From positions 5,220 to 69,219 of the forward strand of contig SLPZ01000096.1 of NCBI GenBank assembly GCA_007131725.1: a DNA stretch of 64,000 nucleotides. The letters are read 5' to 3'. Of the stretch, positions 49,311-58,333 are shown one piece after another (position 1 is the first letter of the stretch; every line of letters begins with the position of its first letter). The translations under genes were made by a program, and so were the position numbers. The notes beneath the pieces were generated by a model that saw only the letters and a program-made list of their open reading frames with translations, made no database searches and had not been told where the DNA came from. This DNA comes from Balneolaceae bacterium. Lineage in GTDB: Bacteria > Bacteroidota > Rhodothermia > Balneolales > Balneolaceae.

Positions 49311-51071
49311 ATGAATTATAAAACTCCGGGTGTTTACGTAGAAGAAATTTCACTGCTGCCTCCGTCGGTGGCACAGGTGGCAACCGCCATTCCAGCTTTT
49401 ATCGGTTATACGGAAAAAGGGCCGGATGAGCCTGTCAAAATCACTTCGATGCTTCAATACAGAGAAATTTTTGGCGGGCCTGCATACCAGAATTTTCAGA
49501 TTACGCTCGACAACAATCCACCCTATTTGCCACAATCAGCAGCACCTGCAGGCGGGGAATCTCCGTACCTGATGTATCCGGCATTGCAGATGTTTTTTGA
49601 TAACGGAGGCGCCGTTTGTTACGTGGTTTCTGTGGGAGATTTTGATCCGGATTCAGAATTACCGAGCCTCGACAACATTTCGGATTACAGCGAACTGAAA
49701 GCCGGCCTGGATAAAGCAAAAAAAGTTGATGAGGTGACACTCCTGGTCATTCCCGAAGCTGTAAAGCTGATGCCCAATGAACAGTACGATCTTTATAAAG
49801 ATATACTGGCACAGTGTGCAGATCTGATGAATCGTTTCGGTATATTTGATGTAAGAAGCGATGATGATGATGCAGCAAATTTTCGGAATGGTATCGGTTC
49901 ATCCTTTCTGAATTACGGAGCCGCCTACACGCCACATCTTAAAACAGCTCTCAATTACAGCTATCGGGACAGCGGAATCACATTTTCGCACAGCGCTTCA
50001 AATGGGTTCAATAATCTCACGCTCGGCAATGTAAAAACCCTTGCAGAAATTCTGGATCTGCAAAGTCAGCTTACAGAAGCTGTTGAACAAATCAAGGAAG
50101 CCGAAACTGCCGGATTAGCCGGAGTGAAAGCTGTGAAACTCAGGCAAATTAATGTTAGTCTGAGCCAGGTAGAACGAGCTGTGCGGCTGGTGCAAAATGC
50201 GCTCGAATTTATTGATGATGATAGTTTTGATACGTCAGATTTTGATTCCGCAAATACGGTATTTGATACTCATAATGAAGCCATTTACGACACTTCAACC
50301 TCAAACAGCGATCTGGATAATGTACTGACAGAACTGAGCGGGGCTGCTGATGATCTGGTATCTGCTTTGGACGATATTGTGCCGGAAATTAATTCGCAGA
50401 CCGGTATCAATGAAACCAGAAACGAAAATATCCACACCTATTTTACCAATGAGTTTGCAGCAACGCTGACCGAACTGTTAAACAAAAAACGGTTAACACT
50501 GCCGCCCTCAACCGCAATGGCCGGAATATTTGCCAAAGTTGATGCAGACCGCGGAGTATGGAAAGCTCCGGCAAACGTCAGTATAAACAGGGTTTCGGCT
50601 CCATCGAGAAAAATTACCGTTCTGGAAAACAATGATTTGAATGTTCATACATCCGGAAAATCGATTAATGTAATCCGCTCTTTTACCGGCAGGGGGACGC
50701 TTGTTTGGGGTGCCCGCACGCTGGACGGTAACAGTAATGAATGGAGATATATCCCGGTAAGGCGTTTCTTCATCATGGTTGAGGAGTCTGTAAAAAAAGC
50801 AACCGAGCCCTTCGTTTTTGAACCAAATAGCGCTCCAACCTGGGTAAAGGTTAAAGCAATGATCGAAAACTTTTTAACCTTGCAGTGGCGCGCCGGGGCT
50901 TTAATGGGCGGCAAGCCTGCAGAAGCTTTCTTTGTGAAAGTTGGCCTTGGTGAAACCATGACACAGGATGATGTTCTCAACGGCAAAATGATTGTAGAAA
51001 TTGGCATGGCCGTGGTGCGTCCGGCAGAATTTATCATCCTGAGATTCTCACATAAAATGCTTGAATCCTAA
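49311..51071 (+). CDS. Contractile tail sheath protein 2 with large helical insertion
   Basis: Same motifs as sheath 1. ATG 49311 (MNYKTPGV) preferred to the track's TTG 49284. Confidence 0.95.
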   Translation: MNYKTPGVYVEEISLLPPSVAQVATAIPAFIGYTEKGPDEPVKITSMLQYREIFGGPAYQNFQITLDNNPPYLPQSAAPAGGESPYLMYPALQMFFDNGGAVCYVVSVGDFDPDSELPSLDNISDYSELKAGLDKAKKVDEVTLLVIPEAVKLMPNEQYDLYKDILAQCADLMNRFGIFDVRSDDDDAANFRNGIGSSFLNYGAAYTPHLKTALNYSYRDSGITFSHSASNGFNNLTLGNVKTLAEILDLQSQLTEAVEQIKEAETAGLAGVKAVKLRQINVSLSQVERAVRLVQNALEFIDDDSFDTSDFDSANTVFDTHNEAIYDTSTSNSDLDNVLTELSGAADDLVSALDDIVPEINSQTGINETRNENIHTYFTNEFAATLTELLNKKRLTLPPSTAMAGIFAKVDADRGVWKAPANVSINRVSAPSRKITVLENNDLNVHTSGKSINVIRSFTGRGTLVWGARTLDGNSNEWRYIPVRRFFIMVEESVKKATEPFVFEPNSAPTWVKVKAMIENFLTLQWRAGALMGGKPAEAFFVKVGLGETMTQDDVLNGKMIVEIGMAVVRPAEFIILRFSHKMLES

Positions 51072-51093
51072 CAATTAACAAATAATAAAAACC

Positions 51094-51525
51094 ATGAATG
51101 AATATCCTTTAGTCAAATTTCATTTCAGTGTAGAATGGGGCGGTACCAAAATCGGGTTTTCTGAAGTTTCCGGTCTGGATGTGGAAACCGAAGTTATCGA
51201 ATACCGCGACGGAGCAACACCGGAGTACAGCAAAAGAAAAATGCCGGGGCTCCAAAGCTACAGTAACATCACGCTAAAAAGAGGTTCCTTCCAGAGCGAC
51301 AATGAATATTACGAATGGTGGAACAGTGTGAAACTGAACACAATAGAACGCCGCGACATAATCATATCTCTGCTGAATGAAGAGCATGATCCACTGATTG
51401 CATGGAAAATAAAAAATGCATGGCCGGTAAAAGTTCAATCTACCGACCTGAATGCCGATGGCAGTGAAGTGGCCATCGAAACACTTGAACTGGCACATGA
51501 AGGGTTAACGATAGAGTATCTCTGA
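51094..51525 (+). CDS. Tail tube protein (Afp1/gp19-like)
   Basis: FSEVSGL, IEYRDG, MPG, ITLKRG, AWPVK, AIETLELAHE. Confidence 0.93.
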   Translation: MNEYPLVKFHFSVEWGGTKIGFSEVSGLDVETEVIEYRDGATPEYSKRKMPGLQSYSNITLKRGSFQSDNEYYEWWNSVKLNTIERRDIIISLLNEEHDPLIAWKIKNAWPVKVQSTDLNADGSEVAIETLELAHEGLTIEYL

Positions 51526-51968
51526 TGGCAGATTTTTATCCACCGGTCAGTTTTTATTATTTGGTTTCGTTCAACGGTATCAGTGGCAAAGTAATTGATA
51601 CCCGATTTCAGTCCGTATCGGGGCTGACTGTTGAGATGAAAACAGAACCCTATAAAGAAGGTGGAGAAAACCGGTTTGAACACATTCTGCCAAACCGGCC
51701 CAAATATTCTGATTTAACCCTCAAAAGAGGATTCGCAAAAGATTCTGATTTGATCCAGTGGTTTTCAGACTCGTTTGTTTCGATGCAGGTTGTGCCGGTA
51801 ACGCTTGATATTATGCTGCTCAATGAAGAAAGCGAGCCTCTGGTTAGCTGGAATGTGGTTCATGCCTGGCCCAAAAAGTGGAGTTTGTCTGAACTGGATG
51901 CCGAAAAAAGCGGGATCGCAATCGAAACACTCGAACTGCATTACCGCACATTTTCAATCAACACATAA
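51525..51968 (+). CDS. Tail tube/initiator protein (Afp5/gp19-like)
   Basis: FQSVSGL, EGGENRF.H.LP, LTLKRG, AWPKKW, IETLEL. Confidence 0.9.
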   Translation: MADFYPPVSFYYLVSFNGISGKVIDTRFQSVSGLTVEMKTEPYKEGGENRFEHILPNRPKYSDLTLKRGFAKDSDLIQWFSDSFVSMQVVPVTLDIMLLNEESEPLVSWNVVHAWPKKWSLSELDAEKSGIAIETLELHYRTFSINT

Positions 51969-51976
51969 AAAGAAAG

Positions 51977-52138
51977 ATGCCGGTTGTAATCAGAGAATTA
52001 CATGTACAGGTAAATGTAGACGAGCGCGCAGATTCTGAAGAGCGGCCGGTTCGGGATTTGGAAACCAATCGGGAATCATTAATCAGTGAGTGTGTGGAAA
52101 GAGTCATGGAAATTTTAAAACGGTCAGAGCAAAGGTGA
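51977..52138 (+). CDS. Small CIS protein, 53 aa (DUF5908/Afp6/Alg6 plug-like); not in ORF track
   Basis: Manual translation: MPVVIRELHVQVNVDERADSEERPVRDLETNRESLISECVERVMEILKRSEQR; fills the gap between the tube and LysM genes. Confidence 0.8.
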   Translation: MPVVIRELHVQVNVDERADSEERPVRDLETNRESLISECVERVMEILKRSEQR

Positions 52139-52144
52139 TTTTTT

Positions 52145-52828
52145 ATGATTGACGAAACTCTGAAAATGATGATTTTTGGATTTGATAACCCGGCGCTGAC
52201 GATCCCAGCACCCATTCCTCCGTTCAAAGCTCATGTGAATCCGGAAAGTTATACAAAATCGGTTTATATAAAGTATTCTGGCAAACAGGCGCCCGGCACC
52301 AGCAGTGCTGCAAATAACTACAACCATACCGAGCCGCGATCACTGAGTTTTGACTTCCTTCTCGACCGAACAGGAGCGCTCGGCAATATAAGTTTGGGTG
52401 ATTCCGGTGTTACAGTCGACATCATCCATTTTAAAAAACTGACGCTCGATTATGAGGGAAAAATTCATCGCCCCAGATATCTGAAATTGATTTGGGGTAC
52501 ACTCTTGTTCGATTGCCAGCTGCAAAAGCTCGATGTAGAATACAAGATGTTCAGCCCGCAGGGATTGCCGCTCAGAGCTGTATTAAAAACAAAATTTATA
52601 GAATTTACCGAGAGCACCAAGCGAAATGCCATCGAAAATCGAAGTTCGCCGGATTTAACCCATGTAAGAACCGTGAAGGAAGGAGATACGCTGCCACTTC
52701 TCACACATCGCATTTACGGGGATTCAAAATATTATCTCGAAGTGGCAAAAATAAACGGGCTTACCAACTTTCGCAGGCTTGAACCGGGCACCGAAATTGT
52801 GTTCCCCCCAATCGAAAAACAGAAATAA
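52145..52828 (+). CDS. CIS tube-initiator/baseplate hub protein with LysM (Afp7-like)
   Basis: NPESY, HRPRYL.LIWG, G.PLRA, SSPDLTH.R.VKEGDTLP...IYG. Confidence 0.88.
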   Translation: MIDETLKMMIFGFDNPALTIPAPIPPFKAHVNPESYTKSVYIKYSGKQAPGTSSAANNYNHTEPRSLSFDFLLDRTGALGNISLGDSGVTVDIIHFKKLTLDYEGKIHRPRYLKLIWGTLLFDCQLQKLDVEYKMFSPQGLPLRAVLKTKFIEFTESTKRNAIENRSSPDLTHVRTVKEGDTLPLLTHRIYGDSKYYLEVAKINGLTNFRRLEPGTEIVFPPIEKQK

Positions 52829-52830
52829 AC

Positions 52831-54588
52831 ATGCCGGTTATCCCCGAAAATATTCTTCGAAACAGAGTGAGGACAGATGGAGTGGTATCCGCAGCTATCC
52901 TGATAGATGGCCGGGCTGTTCCCTCCGATGTTGAAATTTATTCGATTGATATCTGGCAGGAAATTAACAGGATACCACGAGCCAAAATTTCCATTCTTGA
53001 CGGAAACCTCGCAGAACAGACCTTCAGGGTGAGTGATGAAGAATGGTTTCTGCCAGGAAAAAGTGTTGAGATCCAGATGGGTTTTGGAACTGAAATGGAC
53101 ACAATTTTTAAGGGAATTATCACAGCCCAATCAATTAAAGTGCGATCTACCGGCTCGGTCTTAATGGTTGATTGTGCCGATCCTGCCATCATGCTCACCA
53201 CAACTCCAAAAAGCCGCTATTTTTACGAAAAAACCGAGAGCGACGCATTTGAAACGATCATCAGTGAATATGGCGGTTTGACACCGGAGGTGCAAAGCAC
53301 AGAATTTCGTTTCACAGAGTTGCTTCAGTTTCAGTCAACAGACTGGGATTTTATTCTAACCCGGGCTGAAATCAATGGAATGTTTTGCCTGGCTGAAGCA
53401 GGAAAAATTATTATCAAGCCACCCAATTTCCGTCAGGAACCGGTAGCTGATATAAGGTATGGTCAAAATTTGTATGAATTTGACGCTGAAATGGATGCAG
53501 CCGATCAGTTTGAATCTGTAAAAAGCACTTCGTGGGATTATTCCAAAACTGAAAAAAGTGAAGTAACTGCACAATCAGAAAATCCGGTAATTCCCGGCAA
53601 TGTGAGTCCGGATGAATTATCTGAAGCATTTGGAAACAATGAATGGATTTTGCGGGCCGGATCAAAAATCCCTGCCGAAGTACTGCAAAAATGGGCCAAT
53701 GCCAGGAAGATGAAACAGCAATTGTCAAAAATACGAGGCCGGGCAAAGGTTCAGGGATCAAAAGTTATTAAACCCGGAAAAATTGTCAGCCTCTCCGGAG
53801 TTGGCAGCCGGTTTAACGGAAATGCTTTTGTAAGCGGTGTGAAACACACATTTAACCGGGGTGATTGGATGAGCCACGTCCAGATTGGTATGTCACCAAA
53901 ATGGTTTTCAGAAGAGTTCAACATCACAGAGAGCAAAGCTGCCGGAATGCTGCCTGCTGTTAATGGGCTGCATGCGGGGCTGGTTACTCAGATAGAAAAC
54001 GACCCCGACGGTGATGAGCGCATCCTGGTGCGCCTGCCCATGATCGACGCGCAGGAGCAGGGAGTTTGGGCACGGCTTGCAACTTCAGGTGCGGGAAACG
54101 GCCGTGGTGTCATCATCAGGCCGGAAATTGGTGATGAAGTTATTGTGGGATTTGTGCACGACGATCCGAATCAACCCGTAATACTCGGAGCCCTGAATAG
54201 TGCGGCAAATCCGGCGCCCATCAACGCAAGCGACGACAATCATGAAAAAGGCTGGATAACCCGGGGAGAGATCAAACTAATCATAAATGATGAAACTCCT
54301 TCAGTTCTGATTGAAATGCCATCCGGGAAAATCATTTCAATGAATGATGAAGACGGAGTCATAAAATTAAGTGATGAATTTGGGAACAGCCTGAAAATGA
54401 GTGACGGTGGTATTGTGATGGACAGCCGTGCAGATATCTCTGTGAAAACCACCGGTGACCTGAACCTTGAGGGAATTAACGTGAACATAAAAGCCAATGC
54501 TTCAATCACGGCAGAAGGTTCGGCTTCGGCAGAGCTCAGCTCCTCTGGCAGTACCTCAGTAAAAGGAAGTATTGTTCAAATAAATTAA
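52831..54588 (+). CDS. vgrG: VgrG-like spike (Afp8)
   Basis: EINRIPRA, TDWDFILTRAE, GVWARL, RPEIGDEVIVGF, beta-repeat C-terminus ending KGSIVQIN. Confidence 0.9.
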   Translation: MPVIPENILRNRVRTDGVVSAAILIDGRAVPSDVEIYSIDIWQEINRIPRAKISILDGNLAEQTFRVSDEEWFLPGKSVEIQMGFGTEMDTIFKGIITAQSIKVRSTGSVLMVDCADPAIMLTTTPKSRYFYEKTESDAFETIISEYGGLTPEVQSTEFRFTELLQFQSTDWDFILTRAEINGMFCLAEAGKIIIKPPNFRQEPVADIRYGQNLYEFDAEMDAADQFESVKSTSWDYSKTEKSEVTAQSENPVIPGNVSPDELSEAFGNNEWILRAGSKIPAEVLQKWANARKMKQQLSKIRGRAKVQGSKVIKPGKIVSLSGVGSRFNGNAFVSGVKHTFNRGDWMSHVQIGMSPKWFSEEFNITESKAAGMLPAVNGLHAGLVTQIENDPDGDERILVRLPMIDAQEQGVWARLATSGAGNGRGVIIRPEIGDEVIVGFVHDDPNQPVILGALNSAANPAPINASDDNHEKGWITRGEIKLIINDETPSVLIEMPSGKIISMNDEDGVIKLSDEFGNSLKMSDGGIVMDSRADISVKTTGDLNLEGINVNIKANASITAEGSASAELSSSGSTSVKGSIVQIN

Positions 54589-54602
54589 AGATCTATTGAT
54601 AA

Positions 54603-54896
54603 ATGTCTTTAGCAGCAAGAATAACCGATATGCACACCTGTCCGATGGTTAATCCCGGCGGATCTCCTCACGTTGGCGGCCCTGTGTTGCCGCCCGGAGC
54701 CCCAACCGTGTTGATTGAAGGGTTGCCCGCTGCACGAGTCGGAGATATGGCAGCCTGCTCAGGTCCGCCGGACACCATCATTCAGGGGTCATCAACCGTG
54801 ATAATTGAGGGAATGCCGGCAGCCCGGCTGGGTGATGCCACAGCACATGGCGGACAGATTTTGGGTGGAAGTGCAACTGTAATGATCGGAGGATAG
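54603..54896 (+). CDS. PAAR spike-tip protein (Afp10)
   Basis: AARITD.H.CP, LPAARVGD, MPAARLGD.TAHGG. Confidence 0.93.
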   Translation: MSLAARITDMHTCPMVNPGGSPHVGGPVLPPGAPTVLIEGLPAARVGDMAACSGPPDTIIQGSSTVIIEGMPAARLGDATAHGGQILGGSATVMIGG

Positions 54897-54898
54897 TA

Positions 54899-55321
54899 AT
54901 GCCAGACAAAGGTAAAAAAGAGTTTTTAGGAAAGGGGTGGAGTTTTCCGCCCGACTTTTTGAAGAAGGAGCGCAGAGTAGAAATGACCGAAGGGTTCACG
55001 GACATCGAAAGAAGTCTGGAAATTCTCCTGGGAACCAGGAAGGGAGAGCGGGTACTGCGCCCTGATTTTGGCTGTAACCTGGATGACATGGTTTTCGAAA
55101 CGTTCAACGAATCACTGAAAACTTACCTGTCCGATATGATTAAAACAGCCATTCTCTATCATGAGCCGAGAATTGAACCGCTGGAAGTAATAATTGACGA
55201 TTCTTTCATCTATGAAGGAAGGCTGATGATTGAAATTGAATACCTGGTCAGATCCACAAACTCCCGGTTCAACAAAGTTTTTCCATTCTACCTGGAAGAA
55301 GGCACTGAAATACAATCCTGA
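54899..55321 (+). CDS. GPW/gp25 baseplate protein (Afp9)
   Basis: FLGKGWSFPP, T..GER..RPDFGC, EPRI, N.VFPFYL.E. Confidence 0.92.
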   Translation: MPDKGKKEFLGKGWSFPPDFLKKERRVEMTEGFTDIERSLEILLGTRKGERVLRPDFGCNLDDMVFETFNESLKTYLSDMIKTAILYHEPRIEPLEVIIDDSFIYEGRLMIEIEYLVRSTNSRFNKVFPFYLEEGTEIQS

Positions 55322-55323
55322 AA

Positions 55324-58300
55324 ATGAGTGACAGTTGCATAAATAAAAATCCGTTGAAACATTCGGGAACTTCGCAGGAAGAACGGTTTCTGGATGCGCT
55401 CGATCCGGCTCAGGTTGAGTTGCACGGACTGAGTGAAAGCGACTGGATGAAATTTGCATACCATTACGCCCGGCAAGTCAACTTTTTTAAAGACCAGCCG
55501 GATCTGCCTGATGGCGACTGGCAATCATTTTTTCCTCCGGAAAGTGAAGTTATAAAGGTCCTGAATAAATATGGCAGCGGAGAAGCTGAACCGCATCTTG
55601 CCCTGTTCCTCAGCTTTTTGAAATTGTTAACCTATCCGCAAAACAGCCTGAACCGCCTGCCGCAGCTTCATCTGGATTTTTATTATAAACAGGTACTCGC
55701 TTTTAAAAAAAAACCGCTTCAGCCTGATAAAGTTCATGTTCTGTTCGAACTGGCAAAAAATGCTGCAAATCAATTATTAGAAGAAGGCACACTTCTGGAC
55801 GCCGGAAAAGACCCGGACGGAAATCCGCTGATCTATAAAACAGTTTCCCCACTGGCAGCCAATCATGCAGCAGTTGCCTCCCTGAAATCAGTTTTTGTGG
55901 AACAAAAAGAAGACGGCACAGAAATACTGCGGCATGCCCCGGCAACAAACACCTTGAATGGAGTCGATGAAGAACCTGAGGAAGGTCAGCACTGGCCGGC
56001 TTTTGGCAATACAATCTGGCCGGAAGTAGAACTCGGTTTTTTTGTAACATCCGGGCTTCTTTTTTTGCAGGAAGGAGTGCGGACAATTTCCATCCAGTGC
56101 AAAGTTAACCCGGGCATTTCTATTCCAAAAAACCGAATAAAAGCTTTTGTAACCACAGAAGATGAATGGCTGGAAATCAGCTCGATTACCACAAATAAAA
56201 CAACGTCTGCCTTTAATTTCATCATCGAACTGGTGCTCGGCCGCGATATGGCGCCGGTTACCGCTTATGATGAAGATGTGCACGAGGCCAGCCTGAATAC
56301 AAAATCTCCGGCAGTAAAGATTGTATTTACCAGGCCAGAGGATTATCAAACGCTGAAGAATACACGGGTTGAGTCGATGAGGCTCAACGTGCAGGTTCTG
56401 GGAGCCGAAAAGCTTGAACTGAAAAATGAGCTTGGCAATATCGACCCGGAAAAACCTTTCATGCCATTTGGTTCGCGTCCCAAAATTGGATCGAGGCTTT
56501 CGATAAACTATCCGGAAATGGCCGGAAAACCGGTGTCAAATCTTCAGCTTGGTATGCAATGGCTCAACACCCCGGCAAATTTCAGCATTCATTACAGCCA
56601 TTATGAAGATGCCATCGAAGAGCAAAAAGAGTTGTATGCAAATAACACTCAGAATCTTGGAAGCTACTTTGCCATTATGAATTATAAGGATGATGCTAAG
56701 TTTCAGAATGAGTTTGCGAATACTAAGATGTTCTTTCTATTAATCACAGACGCTCAGCCGCCTGATGAAATGAAAGAAACTTTTAACGCCAGGATTGAAT
56801 CGCCCTACAATTCCAGCGCTGTTGATTTTAAACTCTTTTCTGACCTGCCGCAGGTGAATGTAAACACGTCAGGCTCACCCATAAAAGTTTCCGACAGCAG
56901 GTTCAGCATGATTTTGACGGATTCGTTTTATCACGATTTGTACCCCAAACTTTATGTGAATGCAGTTTTAGCTGCAAACGACAGTGCAGATCTTCCCAAC
57001 GAGCCATACACCCCGCTGCTTGACACCCTGACTCTGAATTACACAGCTTTCGAAAATGTGGATATGTCAGCACAGCCCGGCCAGAATACAACAATGATGT
57101 TTCATCAGCATCCTTTCGGAACCAAAAGGGCGGGTGGGAGCGAACCAAATCTGCTTCCCGATTACAATTACCAGGAACTATATATCGGGCTGGAAAATAT
57201 GGTTGCCGGCAGTAATATCAGCCTGCTGTTTCAGGTTGCATCTGGCACCGAAGACTCGCAAAAAAGCCGTTTTGAGGAAGGAGAAATTGATTGGTGGGCA
57301 CTATCAGACAATGAGTGGATAAAGATTGGAGATGATAGTTTTGCCCGGAATGATGTGAATCATTTCTTAAGGCCGGGTATCGTGGAACTGGCATTTCCGG
57401 CACGTGGCAATTCCGAAAATTCATTATTGTCCCGAAACCTTCACTGGCTGCGAATACGCCTGAAAAAAGAGCCGGAGGCAGTGTGCAATTTCATAGGTGT
57501 GCACACACAAGCGGCACTGGCGGTTTTGGATGAATCTGGTGAACAGGTTGACCGGGCCAGCCATATCCTGCCGGAAGAGAGTATTGGCAAAATGATTAAC
57601 CCACGAGCATCCGTCAAAACGGTTTTTCAGCCATATTCAGGATTTGGGGGAGAACCCGAAGAATCAGCTCCGGCTTTTTATCGCAGGGTGAGTGAGCGTC
57701 TTCGGCATAAAAACAGAGCTGTTACCATCTGGGATTATGAACGCCTCCTGCTGGAAAAATTTCCAATTCTTTATAAAGTGAAATGTCTCAATCACAGTTT
57801 CTGGGACGAAAACAAGCTGGATGAAATGAGCCCGGGACATGCAACTGTGGTACTGATACCGAAAATTTCAGAAGATAATACCAGGTTTCGCCTGGAGCCG
57901 AAAGTTAGCCGTGATGTACTCGAGCAGGTCGAGCAGTTTATCAATCATCAAAATTCCATTCATGCCGATATCCGGGCAGCAAATCCTGTTTATGAACCGG
58001 TACGGTTTGAATTTAATGTGAAATTCAACCAAGGACTCGATTTCAATCTTCACAAAAAAAAGATTAGGGATGATGTGAAGCGGCTCATGGCTCCGTGGGT
58101 TTTTGATACCGGTGCGGCGATCGAATTTGGCGAATCGTTTTCGGCATACCAGGTTGTGCACTACCTGGAAAATCTTTCCTATGTAAATCATATCACCGAC
58201 TTCAGGATGTACCACAAGCCTTTGAATGGAGGGTATGTTCAAAAACAGATTGTGGAACCTTCTGTTGCGCTGGGAATTTTGATTCCGGTATTTGATGAAA

Positions 58301-58332
58301 CAGCCATTGGCGAATCCCAAAAATGCGATTGA
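55324..58332 (+). CDS. Baseplate J/gp6-like protein (Afp11)
   Basis: G.SQ..R, PHLALF..FL, HLDFYY, PYTP, RVSERLRHKNRAVT.WDYE. Confidence 0.9.
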   Translation: MSDSCINKNPLKHSGTSQEERFLDALDPAQVELHGLSESDWMKFAYHYARQVNFFKDQPDLPDGDWQSFFPPESEVIKVLNKYGSGEAEPHLALFLSFLKLLTYPQNSLNRLPQLHLDFYYKQVLAFKKKPLQPDKVHVLFELAKNAANQLLEEGTLLDAGKDPDGNPLIYKTVSPLAANHAAVASLKSVFVEQKEDGTEILRHAPATNTLNGVDEEPEEGQHWPAFGNTIWPEVELGFFVTSGLLFLQEGVRTISIQCKVNPGISIPKNRIKAFVTTEDEWLEISSITTNKTTSAFNFIIELVLGRDMAPVTAYDEDVHEASLNTKSPAVKIVFTRPEDYQTLKNTRVESMRLNVQVLGAEKLELKNELGNIDPEKPFMPFGSRPKIGSRLSINYPEMAGKPVSNLQLGMQWLNTPANFSIHYSHYEDAIEEQKELYANNTQNLGSYFAIMNYKDDAKFQNEFANTKMFFLLITDAQPPDEMKETFNARIESPYNSSAVDFKLFSDLPQVNVNTSGSPIKVSDSRFSMILTDSFYHDLYPKLYVNAVLAANDSADLPNEPYTPLLDTLTLNYTAFENVDMSAQPGQNTTMMFHQHPFGTKRAGGSEPNLLPDYNYQELYIGLENMVAGSNISLLFQVASGTEDSQKSRFEEGEIDWWALSDNEWIKIGDDSFARNDVNHFLRPGIVELAFPARGNSENSLLSRNLHWLRIRLKKEPEAVCNFIGVHTQAALAVLDESGEQVDRASHILPEESIGKMINPRASVKTVFQPYSGFGGEPEESAPAFYRRVSERLRHKNRAVTIWDYERLLLEKFPILYKVKCLNHSFWDENKLDEMSPGHATVVLIPKISEDNTRFRLEPKVSRDVLEQVEQFINHQNSIHADIRAANPVYEPVRFEFNVKFNQGLDFNLHKKKIRDDVKRLMAPWVFDTGAAIEFGESFSAYQVVHYLENLSYVNHITDFRMYHKPLNGGYVQKQIVEPSVALGILIPVFDETAIGESQKCD

Positions 58333-58333
58333 T

